From Chrysomallon squamiferum (taxonomy: Eukaryota; Animalia; Mollusca): a DNA stretch of 64,000 nt. The number at the start of each line of letters is the position of its first letter. Position 1 is the first letter of the stretch. The stretch spans positions 20,088,001-20,152,000 of the forward strand of contig CM022672.1 in the NCBI GenBank assembly GCA_012295275.1, given 5' to 3'. The notes beneath the pieces were generated by a model. It was not told the DNA's origin, searched no databases, and worked only from the letters and a program-made list of their open reading frames with translations. The translations under genes were made by a program, and so were the position numbers. Below are positions 26,804 to 40,500 of the stretch, piece after piece.

Positions 26804-29529
26804 GTTTTTGTTTTGTTTTGTTTTTTAATTTAAAGAATAAATCAATTAATGTAAATTAACATAGTGCAGCAAATTCCCTGTGTCAGACTATGAATTCATA
26901 ATCATCTTTAGTACCAACTAATCAATAACCTCTTCACTTCTAAGGGTGTAATGCAATATAACAGAAGTATAAACTTCAGCTATTGTACAAGTAGACAATA
27001 CCAACACTATACTACACTGATAATATAACATTGATGCTTTTATAACTCAGTGTATTTTGTGACTAAAGAAAGTAGTCACCTACTACAGTGCAACAGAATT
27101 CAAAATCACAACAGAGAGTAACAAAGATAAATGAAATCATGTTAAATCCAAATTTCAGTAAATGAAATGTGCTAAAATGAAATCTGACAGTAAATCTGCA
27201 TGTCTAGAAATAGAGTAAATAAAATCTTGTAATCAAAATTAAATATTATAAATGAAATGTGAAATAAAAATTTAATTACAATAAATGAAATCCAATATTA
27301 AATGAATATATAGCAAATGAAAAGTTCTGAACAGAAGGAATGTGATGAGAAAAAAGGCAGTTGTCAGTGTTTAAATTCTCAAGAAATTCTGCATTAAACA
27401 TTTGATCAGAGTCATTTCCTTTCATTCTTGCACAGGAAATGCAGGCAGTGACTTGCCATTTGCTGCCTCCTTGCTCACTGAGAACTTTTCAAGCTGGTTT
27501 TTATGATATCTAATGTGAAAATATTACTCCCTGAAAATGGAACTGAAGCATAAAGGAACAAAACAGACCACCCAAGACTGGAACTTCAAAGCTGCACACA
27601 TATTTTTATCAAATGGACTGTAGAGTGCAAAATCATATCAGTGTCATGTGTTTCTTTTATGCAGAAATAATAATAATTATTATTTTTATTATTAAAATTA
27701 GTGGTAGGGACTCTCTTGACCCAGGAGAAAGAAATGAAAATGAAATTTTTATTATTATTATTTTTTAATTAAATAAAAATACTTTTTACAAATATGCACA
27801 ATGTAAAAAGTTGTAAATCTATATGTTTAGATGTACTGTGAATGTATCTAACAGTACAAAAATTACTGTTTACTAAAGTCAGTGGCATCTACTGTTTTGA
27901 TTGTGGAGTAAGAAAAAATGTGAATAAAGTTTTCTTAAATAAACTACTTATTATGAGTGCTGTATACTCTGAAGGTATTGTTGCAATACGCTTTGATTTT
28001 TATGTATAAAAGTAGAAAGTGATTCACTAATTTCATTGTTTTGCAAAGTTATAGTTATATGAAGAATCACTTTTACAACACATTTGTATAAATTTAGTAC
28101 TTTTGTTTTTGGTTTTATTAATGCTTTTTATTTAAAGAATTATTATTATTATTATTAGGGTTTTTTTAAATCATAAATAAGTTGTCCATAAATTTTAAAA
28201 TACATCTGTTAGAAATTACAGTTCCACAGACAAGAAAATAATAATACTATTTTTTAATAAATAAATCCTGCCAAAAAGAAAAAGAAAAGAAAATTAACTG
28301 TATTTTGGCAAGTCAGAAATTCATGTCTATCGAAGCATGCAACTTCAAGTGTGAATTATGCTTCCATGCTGCATAATTGGTGTCTCCAATCCAGTCTCAT
28401 TATTATCACTCTGGCTCCTGAACCCTGGTGGGCAATAATTGCCAACCATTGAAAAGCCTAGACATGTGTTTTGTATTTGCCGACATTTGTATCTGTCAGT
28501 GACCTTAAAGGTAAATATTTTTTGGGAAAAACACATGTCATCTTTCGCACTGGTGATTATGATTAATTACCTCCCTTAGGGAAGCAGGCAATCACCTTCC
28601 AGTGATTGGCTGCTTCTCTGGAACAAGTGACACGTGCAGCGTTATTCTCTTTAAAGTTGTAAAACTTCCACGGGTCAGAGAACAGACAAAAATCTGTATT
28701 TGTCACAGTGAGATGTGAATAATTATATAACTCTTCTTATTTTTTTTTTTTTTTTTAAACAGGATGAATAGATGAACAGATAATTAAATAAATGAACTAA
28801 ATTAAAGATAATTAACCAAAAGGATAAAGGAATTATTATTCAAGCTTTTAAACAAATGAGTGAATAAATAAATAAATAATAAATTTTAAAAATTGAGTAA
28901 TGTAACAATAAACTGCAATAAATTATTCCAAATGATATAAATTAATGCCAAAAAAAAAAAAAAGAGATCAAAACATCATTTGAATTCCAAGATATACCAT
29001 AAATCCTAAAATCAATTTTAGAGGCATCTTAACTGATAGCATGAGCCGAGCTGGATAAATAATTATTTTTTAATAGCAGTGATGGATATTTTAGTTTCTG
29101 AAAGTTCTAAAAGTCTGGCATTTGCTTTTCTATATCTTTTGACTGAAACAAACACAACTTTTTCACAAAAGATTAACTGTTCTGTTATTCCTTAAAAAAT
29201 ATAAAAATAATAAAAATAATAATAATAATAATAATAAAAAACGAAACAACAACCACAACATTAAAATGCATTGTAGAAAACTAAGCTTTAAAAGATTAAC
29301 TTGAAAGGAAACCTGAATTCAGGGCATCATGAACAATTAGAAGCTAGTCTTCTATTCTATGATTTATAGCACACACAAACTGCACATCATCTGCTTTGGT
29401 CAGACTGCCAGGTAAACATAGTATTGAGTACTGCAGGTAGATCATACCATATGGTTAAGATATCAACATTCTAACAGCAGGCTACACCATAAAAATTCTG
29501 CAATGTACAGAAGCTTATAAAATGGTTGA

Positions 29530-29581
29530 CATACAACTGTGCTATCTCACATACAACAGTGCTAACTCACATATAACAGTG
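29530..29581. repeat. 20 bp tandem repeat x 2.6
   Basis: CATACAACWGTGCTAWCTCA units. Confidence 0.8.
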
Positions 29582-32500
29582 AAAAAATAACAAAAGAAGA
29601 AAAACTGAAGATGGAAAAAAGGAAATTAAACACAGAATTTTTTTTGGATTTAATTTAAAAATAATTTTAATTTACATAGAAATGTATTTTATTTTTTTAA
29701 GAATAAGAACAAAATGAAGTAAAAACAAAATCCAGAATTTAATTATATATGAGATGTACTTCATATGAATTAAAACAATCTAATAAATAATTTAAAAAAA
29801 ACTAATAATAATAATAATAATAATAAATAAAACTGAAAAATAACAAGATGAAATCAAAGAATTGTTTTCCATTACCAAATATCTATTAAGGATTATATGA
29901 ACTAATTTTACAATAACATCAGGATTGTGTTCAGTCAAGAAAGTAACTCTCACCTGATGTGAAATAGAGAAAAAACAAAAAATCTTCATTGTCAGTGTGT
30001 CATCTAGCACAGTTAAAGAAATACCTTGACACTTTACACTTTACAGTTTGGTAAATAAAATACAATGATGCTTTATATTTAACAATGTGGTAATATGTAT
30101 TTTGTTTTATCAATTAAAAAACATATGTCACAGTAGAAACTTAAAATTATTGTACTGGATCCCTTAACAGAACATATTACAATCTTCAGAAAAGAGAAAT
30201 ACATAGTTTAATTTCTGATCTTTTTAAAATAGAGTTTCTGTATGTTTTGTGGATCAATTTCTAAGCACATTATTGTCTTTTTTTTTTAATTTAAATTTCA
30301 GTCAACTAAAATAAATTCATAATTACATTTCTGTATTTTAATCTTTATAAAATATATCACATAGCTTCTGAATATTCCTAATACTCAAAACCCACTTCTG
30401 TCACAGCCAATGGGACCACAAAGATAGCCATTTTGAAGCCTGTCTTCTTGGTATTTTTTTTGTGAAACCTATATTGATTTTTGAAAAAAAAAGAATGAAA
30501 AGGCATCAGTAACAAGACAGATGTGTGGTATGACAAACACCACTTGGTAGTTCTCATCTTTCCATGTGACAAACAAAAGAGGCGCGACGGCCCCATATCG
30601 CATTAACCCGATTTGGGTCATCAGGCCCATCAATATGAAACAGACTGGATTGTGCGAGTGTCTCTGGTTGACAGAGCACCCGTGGTGCTGCACAGAGATA
30701 CCTGGTTAGCTTAAATAAGTCACAGTGTTCACTCTACAAAGAGAAGATTGACTGTGAACAATGGACAAAGCTCCAGGTGTAATGAAGCGAATGCGAACAA
30801 AAAGAACATCATTCAGAAATGGTTGTTTTTATTTCCATTGCTTTTTTTTTTTTTCCCTTGTTTTTTTTTTTTTAATGTATTTTTTTAAAAATATGTAGAC
30901 TGTTACAGCTAAGAGGTATGCTATAGTCATAGTTCAAAATATGTTTTGATGTTTTTTTTGTATTTTTGGATATTTTTTTTTGTTGTCTATATGTGTGTGT
31001 GTCTTAGTTCTATCAATAACTGTTTCTACATTTAAATATAGAAAAGTTAAAAAAAAAAAATAATAATAATAATAATAATAATAAAATAAAAAGGCACAGA
31101 AAAATGATTAATAAAGAAATTAATTACATATGAAGGAAGTTTTTTTAATTTTATTATTTTTTGTGCAGATGTCTGATAATGATATAAGAATAGTTAAACT
31201 GAAGGATGTCAATTAATAAAGAGCAAAGTTATCAGTATCAAATCATGTTTAATACCAAGTAGCCATCATTTTCTTCACAGCATATCTGAAATGTGGTAGA
31301 AGCAGACAAAACCCAGACATCGCTGTGGACTGATAAAAACATGATAAGATACACAAGAGTTTGTGCTAATCTATTCTATTGTCAGTATAGAAATACAGAA
31401 AGTCAGAATAAGATGCTTAAAGTTAAAAGGTTACTATATGAAATATAAACATGCTGAATATAGCCACTTCAAAATTCAAGTTTTGAAAACAAAAAAGTAA
31501 ACTGGTTTTTTTTTGTTCAGGTTCACAAATCAAGGTGCATTTATTTCAAAAGACTGTAAAACATTTGACAGAGGTGAATTTATATAAATATTACAACAAA
31601 GATGTAACATAACAAACATGAATTAACAAGCAAAACAAACAAAGCAAAACAAAAAATAAAAGTTCCAGTTAATAATTAAGTAACAAGACCTGAAGAAAAA
31701 AAAAAGAGCAACAATAATCAATCTCTTTTCTTAAAAACCCTCAAATGCAAACCAAACAAAAACAAACAGCTATGAAAGAATCACCAGGTGCTGCAGTTAC
31801 CTGCTTATGCATGATTTAGGATTCTCTTTGATGTCGGATGTTTGCAAACAGTGTCAAGCGGGGCATAATCTAGCAAAATTCTGGTTATGTACACAAGCAC
31901 TAAACGTTTATTTTCTGCACTGTGATAACAGTGAACTGAAGAAGAAGATCAAAGTAAAAAACTCTGATAATAACATAATCATGACATTTACTAATGTATC
32001 TCGAGTTATTATTTCACATTTCACTCCACAAACATCTAATGGATACTTAAATGGATACTGAAATGTTAAAATTATCAGATAAATGTTGTCTTGGAATTAA
32101 ATTATATTTTACTATCTACAAATTTTTTATTTTTAATAATACTAATACTACTACTACTAATAACAGTATAATAACAGTATAACAACAGTGTAATGATAAA
32201 ATTAATTTTAGAATCCAAACAAAACCTACAGGAAGAAACAGAAAATGCACTTATATACAATATTTTATACTGTATGCATTAGACATATATGTATTTATTT
32301 TTATATTTATATGTTAATGAATGAATGAATGAAATGAACAAAAAGAAAAAAAAACAAATAAAAATTAGCTTGATTCCTAATGTCAGCTAAAACTTTCTAA
32401 CATCTCAACAAATTAAAGACATAGAGTAAATGGAATGAAAGAAGAAAAAAAAGTGAAAAAAAAATAACAGAATACAACAACATGGGCTGTTGCAGTGACA

Positions 32501-33089
32501 TAAAACAAAAGATGATAAAAATGAAGAAGATGAATACAAAGGAAAAACCATAAAACATAAAACTGAAAGTTAAGAAGACACATGAGCACATTTCAGCAAG
32601 TTGTCTCAGTAATAAATAATAAATGCACCTTGCATAACTTGTCACATCTCAGCATGCCGCAGACAACAGCAGCATGCCGCCACTGATGCCGAGACCCGAT
32701 GATGGCTGTTACGATGCCAGTTGTGATAGTGACACACGTAAGTGATGAGGCGGGCGCTGGCTTCTGACAAGTCTATAAAAGATATCAGCAGTACCTACAG
32801 CAAATACACATTTGTTGTGCATTCTACAGCTTTGTTCTCTCTTTATGAATGAACATCACAAAGATGATAACGATAAAACATCAGCTGCACTACTATCATG
32901 TTAGCTAACCTGGAAATAACTATTTTACTGCATTAACTGTAATTATGCATATAAACCCAACTCAATTGTCTAGACATCCAAGTTAAATTCATGAAAATTA
33001 AAAATTCAAACAGGTATGTCCAAGTAAGTTAAATTGTATTTGTTTTTTAAATGATAATATACACGATCAAAAAAATTGGTAATTTTATA

Positions 33090-33335
33090 AAAATTCTTTT
33101 TGGTAAATAAATTATATAAACTCTCCAAAATATAAATGACATTTCATTAAATAATATGAAAACACAGAAGTATGTTCAAATATGTTAAACAGTATTTTTG
33201 TAAAACAAAATTTAAACAAAAATAGAAGTTATACCCATAATCATTATGAAGAAGAAATCTGTATTTTTTAAATTTCTTTTTAATAAATAAATTGTTTGTA
33301 AATTCCCGAAAATGTAAATGATATTTGATTAAATA
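33090..33335. repeat. Diverged direct duplication (~60 bp core, ~180 bp apart)
   Basis: AAATTCTTTTTGGTAAATAAATT...AAATGACATTTCATTAAAT versus AAATTTCTTTTTAATAAATAAATT...AAATGATATTTGATTAAAT. Confidence 0.55.
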
Positions 33336-34475
33336 TTATTAAATTAATGAGTCAAAAACTATAGAAAGATATTTCAACACATATTTGACATCATCATCTT
33401 TAAAATTCTTCTAACACAAACTATATCATTTTTGTGTACGAAATCAGAATGGGCATACACTAACTTACAAAAACTCTAATTGTAAATCCATATACATACA
33501 CATATATATATATATATATATATATATCAGTTTGTTTAAAAACAGAGATATGAACAGATTTTTTTTTTTTTTTTCTATAAATATTACTTAACTGCCAAAT
33601 CTTGCAGATGTTTGCTCTAACTGACAAGTAAAAAAATAAAAAAAATAAAAAATAAAAAAAAATTCCTATCTTACTTTGGGTGGAAAAAAATCAACAGAGA
33701 TATATTAAAATGAAATTTAATGAAACACATTATGCCATCATATATTAGGGTTTGTCAAGGAGCAAAACAGAGCCCAGTAATAAAGGATTATCTTATGAAA
33801 TCAGTTACAAAAAAAAAAAAAATAATAACAACAACAACAACACAATAACCTAATAGCAACAGAATAATATTAAAAAATATAAATCAATAAATAAATTGAA
33901 AAATCACCAACAATATATCCATAAGTCATCAAAATGGCATTTTAAAAACAATCCATGCTGAAAGGACATAATGATATAAAACATACATTTCTTTTGATCA
34001 TTTAGCCAGAACAAAAGAGAGGAGATTTATTATCAATTGGTACTTGCCCACTGCACCAGTGAACTGATTAATGGTCTGTTAATAATGATTATTAAATCCT
34101 GCTCTCAGGAAAGGTCAGCATAAACATGGCAAGATAATTCGGTGGTTCTGTGTCACAAAACATCAAATGTGATACAAAAATTGTGAGGTGACAAATTATT
34201 ATTATTATTATTTTTTTTTTTTATCAAATGCCAGTTTGAATACATTTATTATTTATTCTTGCTGTACTTGAAAATAAATGAGTCATGAAAATTCATTTTA
34301 TGTTAAATCTAAGTTTTAAGAGAATTTTTTTGTCTTTATAAAATGAAAAATAAAAAATAATAATAATAAAAAATAATTAAAAAATATAATAAATAAATAA
34401 ATAATAAAAGTTAATTAAATAAGTTTTAAAAATGTATTAGAATATGACACAATGCACATGAAATAGTTTTCTAAA

Positions 34476-34477
34476 AC

Positions 34478-34534
<57 letters not shown>

Positions 34535-34542
34535 CACACACA
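34476..34542. repeat. (CA)n microsatellite with two CG interruptions
   Basis: Read directly from the sequence. Confidence 0.95.
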
Positions 34543-35763
34543 ACCTATGGTTTCATTGTAAACCAGACTACCTTATCAAAAATGCTGAATTTAGAACCAG
34601 CTTCTCAATTTTTTATCTATCACTGAGTAAATTGAATTATTTTTCAAACATAACTGAAGGTTATTACTGCAAGCAGACAGTTGAATTAAAGAGATAAATT
34701 GAACTTTCAAGTAGTTCTGAGAGTTATTTCCTCCTGTCGACAGTTGAATAAGAAAAGGAAGATTACAATTTTCACTATTTTTCAGTTATTTGTAAAGATA
34801 TTTTTTTTTCTTTCTGCAAAACCATAAAATTGGTATATGATATGAATTTATGTGTATTTAGCACTTCATATCCCAGACAGTTTTTTTCCCTCCATAACCT
34901 CTTATACTTTTTTTTAATTTTTATTTGTATGCCATTTATTTGCCAGTGACATTTAAATAGAAATGAAAAGTTGATATTCTTTTGTTGAAATATTTTTGTA
35001 AGGATAAAAAAAAATAAAAAAAAATAACAGCATAACTTTGTCTAATTATATATATAAAAATATCACTGCTATTTCATTAAAATATTGAAAACAAGTGTTT
35101 GAATGTGAATAAAAATTGAATTCATTTAGTTTTGTTTTGTTTGTTTTGTTCTTTTCTTTGAAAATAAATTATTGTTTAGCCATAATGGAAAATGTATAAA
35201 AATGCAGATCTGTAGCTTGGAACAATACCAATATATATTTCAAAATGCTAATAGATATATTTAGAGTTGTGGTGAATGGAATTGCTGTGGTTTAGTTATC
35301 AACATATGTAATTTTACACAGTGGCTAGGGTAAATATCTAACAAATTTTCACCCAGGCATCCAGCATGTTCTGATTCTGCTGATATATGTAGTCTGTGAT
35401 GCTGATCCCCTGTCAGCAGGCCAAATGTTTGATTGTTTGTCAGATCAACACCTTCTGATTACCAGTTGGCCAGCATCTCACCAATGTCACACTGATCAAG
35501 ATAGCCATCTCTTTAGCACTATTTAGAACTTTTCTCTGTTCTCAGAACTAAATATGTACACTGCTATCATCTATTTACTACTACTCCATGGGAAAAAAAA
35601 AAAAAAAAAAAAGAGAAAGAATTAACTGATTTTCAGTTACCTCCCTTCAAATAGTTTCTATGACTGAGAAGTTTTGTTCAAGTCGAAAAGATTTTGGAAA
35701 CGATTGCTATATTTTTAAATATAATTTTATTTTTTAATAATACAATGGATTGTATAGATTTAT

Positions 35764-35766
<3 letters not shown>

Positions 35767-35798
<32 letters not shown>
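35767..35798. repeat. (TA)n microsatellite
   Basis: Read directly from the sequence. Confidence 0.9.
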
Positions 35799-35801
<3 letters not shown>

Positions 35802-36942
35802 TGGTACCCCTAGCATTTGTAAAAGAGATGGCAGGAATCAGTGTAACTGGAGCAAGTTAAACGAAGGGATGGTACAAGTTCTTTGAACAATGTTTATTAT
35901 ATTTGAAACTGAGCCATTAAGCGATGTGTGTGTGTGTGTGTGTGTGAGTGTATGCGTGTGTGCTTAGATAAGAAATCTGCTACAGCTACTGTACACAGAA
36001 ATTATTGTTTTCAATTAAGAGCTAAACATCTTTTATTTAAATATTCAATAGTAAATGTACAGGACTTTAGCAGCATAAAGCACTGTTACATGATACCATT
36101 ACACATGTTAATTACTGACACTGACTGATTATTACCTCACTATGGTAATGAATTTTTAATTTCCCTACATAGATATAGATCATAAATAAGGATAATTTTA
36201 GAAGAAGAAAAACATTACAACAACAATAGCAGAAGAAATGAATTATAATTTCAAACAAATAATGACTTTTAAATTACAGGTTTCAGATTTTATTTCATTT
36301 TAGTGAAAAGCTTTTCTAACTTCATAAAATAAATAGCATGAAAATAAAAACCCCTCATGATAAAGTGTTTGAAAATAGATATAATCCTTCTGAATGTAAC
36401 CAGACATTTAAGTAATCTATTATGAGACCATGAAGTGCACTAAAACGTTTTGTTTGCATTAAGTCAGTTTTGCTTGAAAACAATACCATATAAAAGTAAT
36501 AACAAAAGAAAATTTACTACTCTGATGATCAGTATCAGGAATAAATAACTTAGTGTTTTATTACCTGCAGTAAATGCATCTAACAAAGTCAAAAAAATAA
36601 AGGAAAAAATAATCATGAACTTATATGTTCATGATTCCAAGGCAATCAGGAGCTAAAATTTCCACAAAGTTCAAAGTTATTCAACCAGAGGATGACAAAG
36701 ATCAACTAAGCTGCCATTCCTCACAATGTTGCTTTGAAAAGGAGATTTGTCATGTAGATAACCTTTTTGCAAGGACCACAAGATGACATCAATCACTGAA
36801 GTGGCTTTAGAAGAGGCAGAACAGAAAAGCCACTGGCTATCAGCTGACAGGTATGATGTAACAGATGGCAAATGTTAACTTAACCAGCAGGCAGACACAC
36901 TCTTCAAAAATGTCAGAAAACCACTTCACACAGAAAAACTGA

Positions 36943-37550
36943 AAATGTCTTTCAAATTATTTATGATGGTGTATATCTGATACCTGCACTGCACAAATGT
37001 CAATATTAATCTTTTGTGAAAAAGTATTAAATGTACAAATGTTTTAAAAATTGTTTATAACTGTGAATACCTGACATGTAAACTTTACATATGTCAATAT
37101 TAATGTGGTTTGAAAAAGTATTAAGTTTACAATTTAAAAAAAAAAAAAAAAAAAAATTTAAATTAAAATGCATATTTGTGCCTGCACTCAATATTAAAAT
37201 TTAATGTTTTGTGAAAAATTTACAAATCTTTTTGGAAATATTTATATCAGTGTATATATATGATAAACACAAAATGCCAGTACTAACATGGCTTGAACAA
37301 ATATAACATTTATGAATTTTTTATTTTATTTTATTTATTTATTTTATGAAAATGCATATCTGATATTTGCATTTCACAAAAAGAAATACTGAAATATATT
37401 TACAAATGTTTTTCAAATTATTTATAAACGTTTGAATTTGGTATGTACATTATGTATGACTTTTTGCATAAATTATCATAACTTTACAAAATGCATTAAA
37501 TTTACAAATAATTTATGGTATTTGATATATAAACTTTAAAAACATCAATT
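36943..37550. repeat. Degenerate tandem repeat, ~94 bp unit
   Basis: ATGTCAATATTAAT...GAAAAAGTATTAA at 36997 and 37091. Weaker TACAAAT...ATTTATA copies occur at about 37224 and 37404. Confidence 0.65.
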
Positions 37551-40500
37551 ATTTCTTAAAATAATTTTTAAGTGATTTTTTTTTTACTAAATTAAAAAAT
37601 AAAATGTTACTGTTATAATTAATAAAATTTGCTTTCTGTATAAATAGTTTTTATGCTGTTAAAATAAATATGTTACATTAAACATACAAATAAATAACTA
37701 AAGATAATTTACTCTATTTACTTTATAATCAAGAATTGGTTTATTTTATTACAGATTCAGACTTAATTTTATTTTTTAATTTTTAATTTTAATTTAATTT
37801 TATACAAACAGTTATAAACTACTTGCATGTATTATAGTTTTTGTGTTGGGATATAAATTTTCCAATTTAACTTTGAAAAAAACAAAAAACTGTGTTATAA
37901 CAAAAAAAAAAAAAAAAAAAACCCATCTGAAAATGCATATCTAAAAATGATTTAGTAATATTACACCCATTAAACATAAATAAAAATATGAGAGAAAAAG
38001 GTCAGATTTATAACAAAAAAATAACATGATGATATTTGCATTAAATATATATAAAAATATGAATGGAAAAATATTGCATTTGTCTGAAACTTCAAGTCTT
38101 CAGTTCACTGCAACATTGACTGAAAGGCCATCCTGAACACAAGAAAACTTTGTCAAATGCAAATCATTTTTTTTTTTTTTTTTTTTCAGGAAATAACATG
38201 AAGTTGTAAGTTGTAGCAATGTTTGCGCTGCAGTGACAGACCACAGACATTATTGCCTTTGACAGACGACTCCAGCAGTTGAGAACTTTTACTACAACTA
38301 CAGTCTTCATTCAGCACTGAGAGGTTACATCCAAAACAATGTCTTAAAACTTTTAATGTTTGGTGCTGCATGTCTTGTCTAGACACAGGAATTTCTCTAT
38401 CCATTCCAACAGAAAGGCATAAACCACTTCAAGTATGTCCATAAAGACATGTTTTATTGTTTTGTTTGTTTGTTATTCAGACAACATGTATGTTTATTTT
38501 CTGGGGGTTTACTGACAATGTTGTTTTTTTTTGTTTTTTTTTTTTCAAAAAAGAAGAAGTAACCTAGATACAAAGGCTTATAAATCTACTACAATAACAG
38601 ACAATGAAAATAATCCATATATATGAATAGCACTTTGTTTCTTTGGATTTTTTAACTCTTTCTTTCTGATATTCACCATGTTTGTACAAGTAAGATAAAC
38701 ATTTGTTTCATCTGAACATTCCACACACACACACACACTAACAATAAACATACAGTAAAGATGACTGTTTCTTAATACATAATTAATCATAAACAGATTT
38801 AGACAGAGCACTCTCTAGGTTTAGTTTTACATAATGTGTACAAGTTCCACATTTTTTTTTATCCATTCTTATACTTGTGTTGTTTTAAGTAGCTGTTTAA
38901 AAAAGATGAACTATTAAAGGCTGTAATCAGTGAATATAAAACATATGATCTAATGCTGGAAAAAATAAACACATTAACAATACATTTATTCTTCCCTCAC
39001 TCTATCCTCTTTACTTAAAACTGTTTCAAACACACATCAGTTTATTGCTCTGCACAAATAATCATATAACTTACTCCATTCATAGTAATGCAATTAATCT
39101 GCTGGGAAAACACAATTCTAAAAAAGTGTATCATAATAAAAAGTTCAATGATGGAATGCAGAAAGATTTTATTATCACTTTACAACAAGTTGAAATCAGA
39201 AGGGTCTCTTTAACTATACACATTAAACTGAACATAGTACTTTAATGGCATCTCCACAGCACAGTGCCAATTAGCCAACAGGAATACAAAGTTCATAAAC
39301 AAAATCTAAATATCACTTGCACCAACAATGACCCCTTCACAGCCAGGTACAAAATAATTTACACCAAGCATAAAACTTCTCCTGCATTTTGCCTGGCCCC
39401 AGTTACGGGGTTTTGATACTGACTGTTGCCATATAAACCATCTCTTATCTGACGATTTACTGCCAATCTGCCCTTTGGCTATGCAATAAGTTTACACTGA
39501 CTCTTATGGCATGGCCATCAGACCATGAACAATCTGTGTCCACTGAACTGTGAAATGCTATAAACCATCATATCTGACAGATGCACACTTGAAGAATCTG
39601 TACAACTGTCTTGTCTTTATGGTTCAAGGTGACTACAACAGCTTGACTATGGCACATAGAGATGCAGTGATAGACTTGCTCTAATGATATCTCTTCAGAT
39701 ATTATGTTGGGAGATTTCATGATACAAAGAGAACTATTCACAAACAACTTTAAAATACAAGCAGTCCCTGTGGTCTCCCCATCTCAAGAAATCAACAACA
39801 AAAAAAAAAAAAAAATACACCTAGCCTGGTAGATTCTCTACTAATCAGATTCCTGACAAATCCTCATTATTTATGGAAGCTGTTTGTGTTATTCTATCAA
39901 ATCAAATTAAAAAAATGGTTGCTCTAATAATGAAAATTCTCACATTACAACCAATAATTTTCCTTGATGGTAGACAAATTGACATTCCAGATACAAGACT
40001 TACTTGATGAAACTAATCTTACCTTTCCATGGGGATTAGGTTTGTAAAATGTTTAACCTCCTTGCCAGAACAAGCTGCTGAAAAGCACCTCTTTGTTGGA
40101 CATACAAATCATGAGCCTGTGTTTTTGTCAGAAACAAAGTAACAGTTTCAATGACAGTGGCATGCATATATATCTTCTGATCTAGAACTAATACCAGTAT
40201 ACAATCCTAATACTAAAGATATGAAAGGCTGGCTAATCAGTTTGTTAGTACATTTTTATGTATTTGTCATTTCTTTTTTTTTTTTTTTAAAAGAATGTCT
40301 GAAATTTTGATGTCTTATAACAAACATTGTAATCAGTTCATTAAAAAAAATAATAATCATATAAAATCTTTACAATAAATGTATTTTTTTAAAATCCTTG
40401 CACATTTTGGATAAATATTTCAAGCTGGATGATTTGGCTGCAGGTAACACAGTCTGCTTATATCACTGGTCAAAATACTGGTGAAAAAAAAATTGAATTA

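Noticed and set aside
39560-40160. Degraded plus-strand coding remnant (retroelement or pseudogene)
   Set aside because: The composition is balanced, but the frames I read are interrupted by stops and I recognise no RT, endonuclease or transposase motif.
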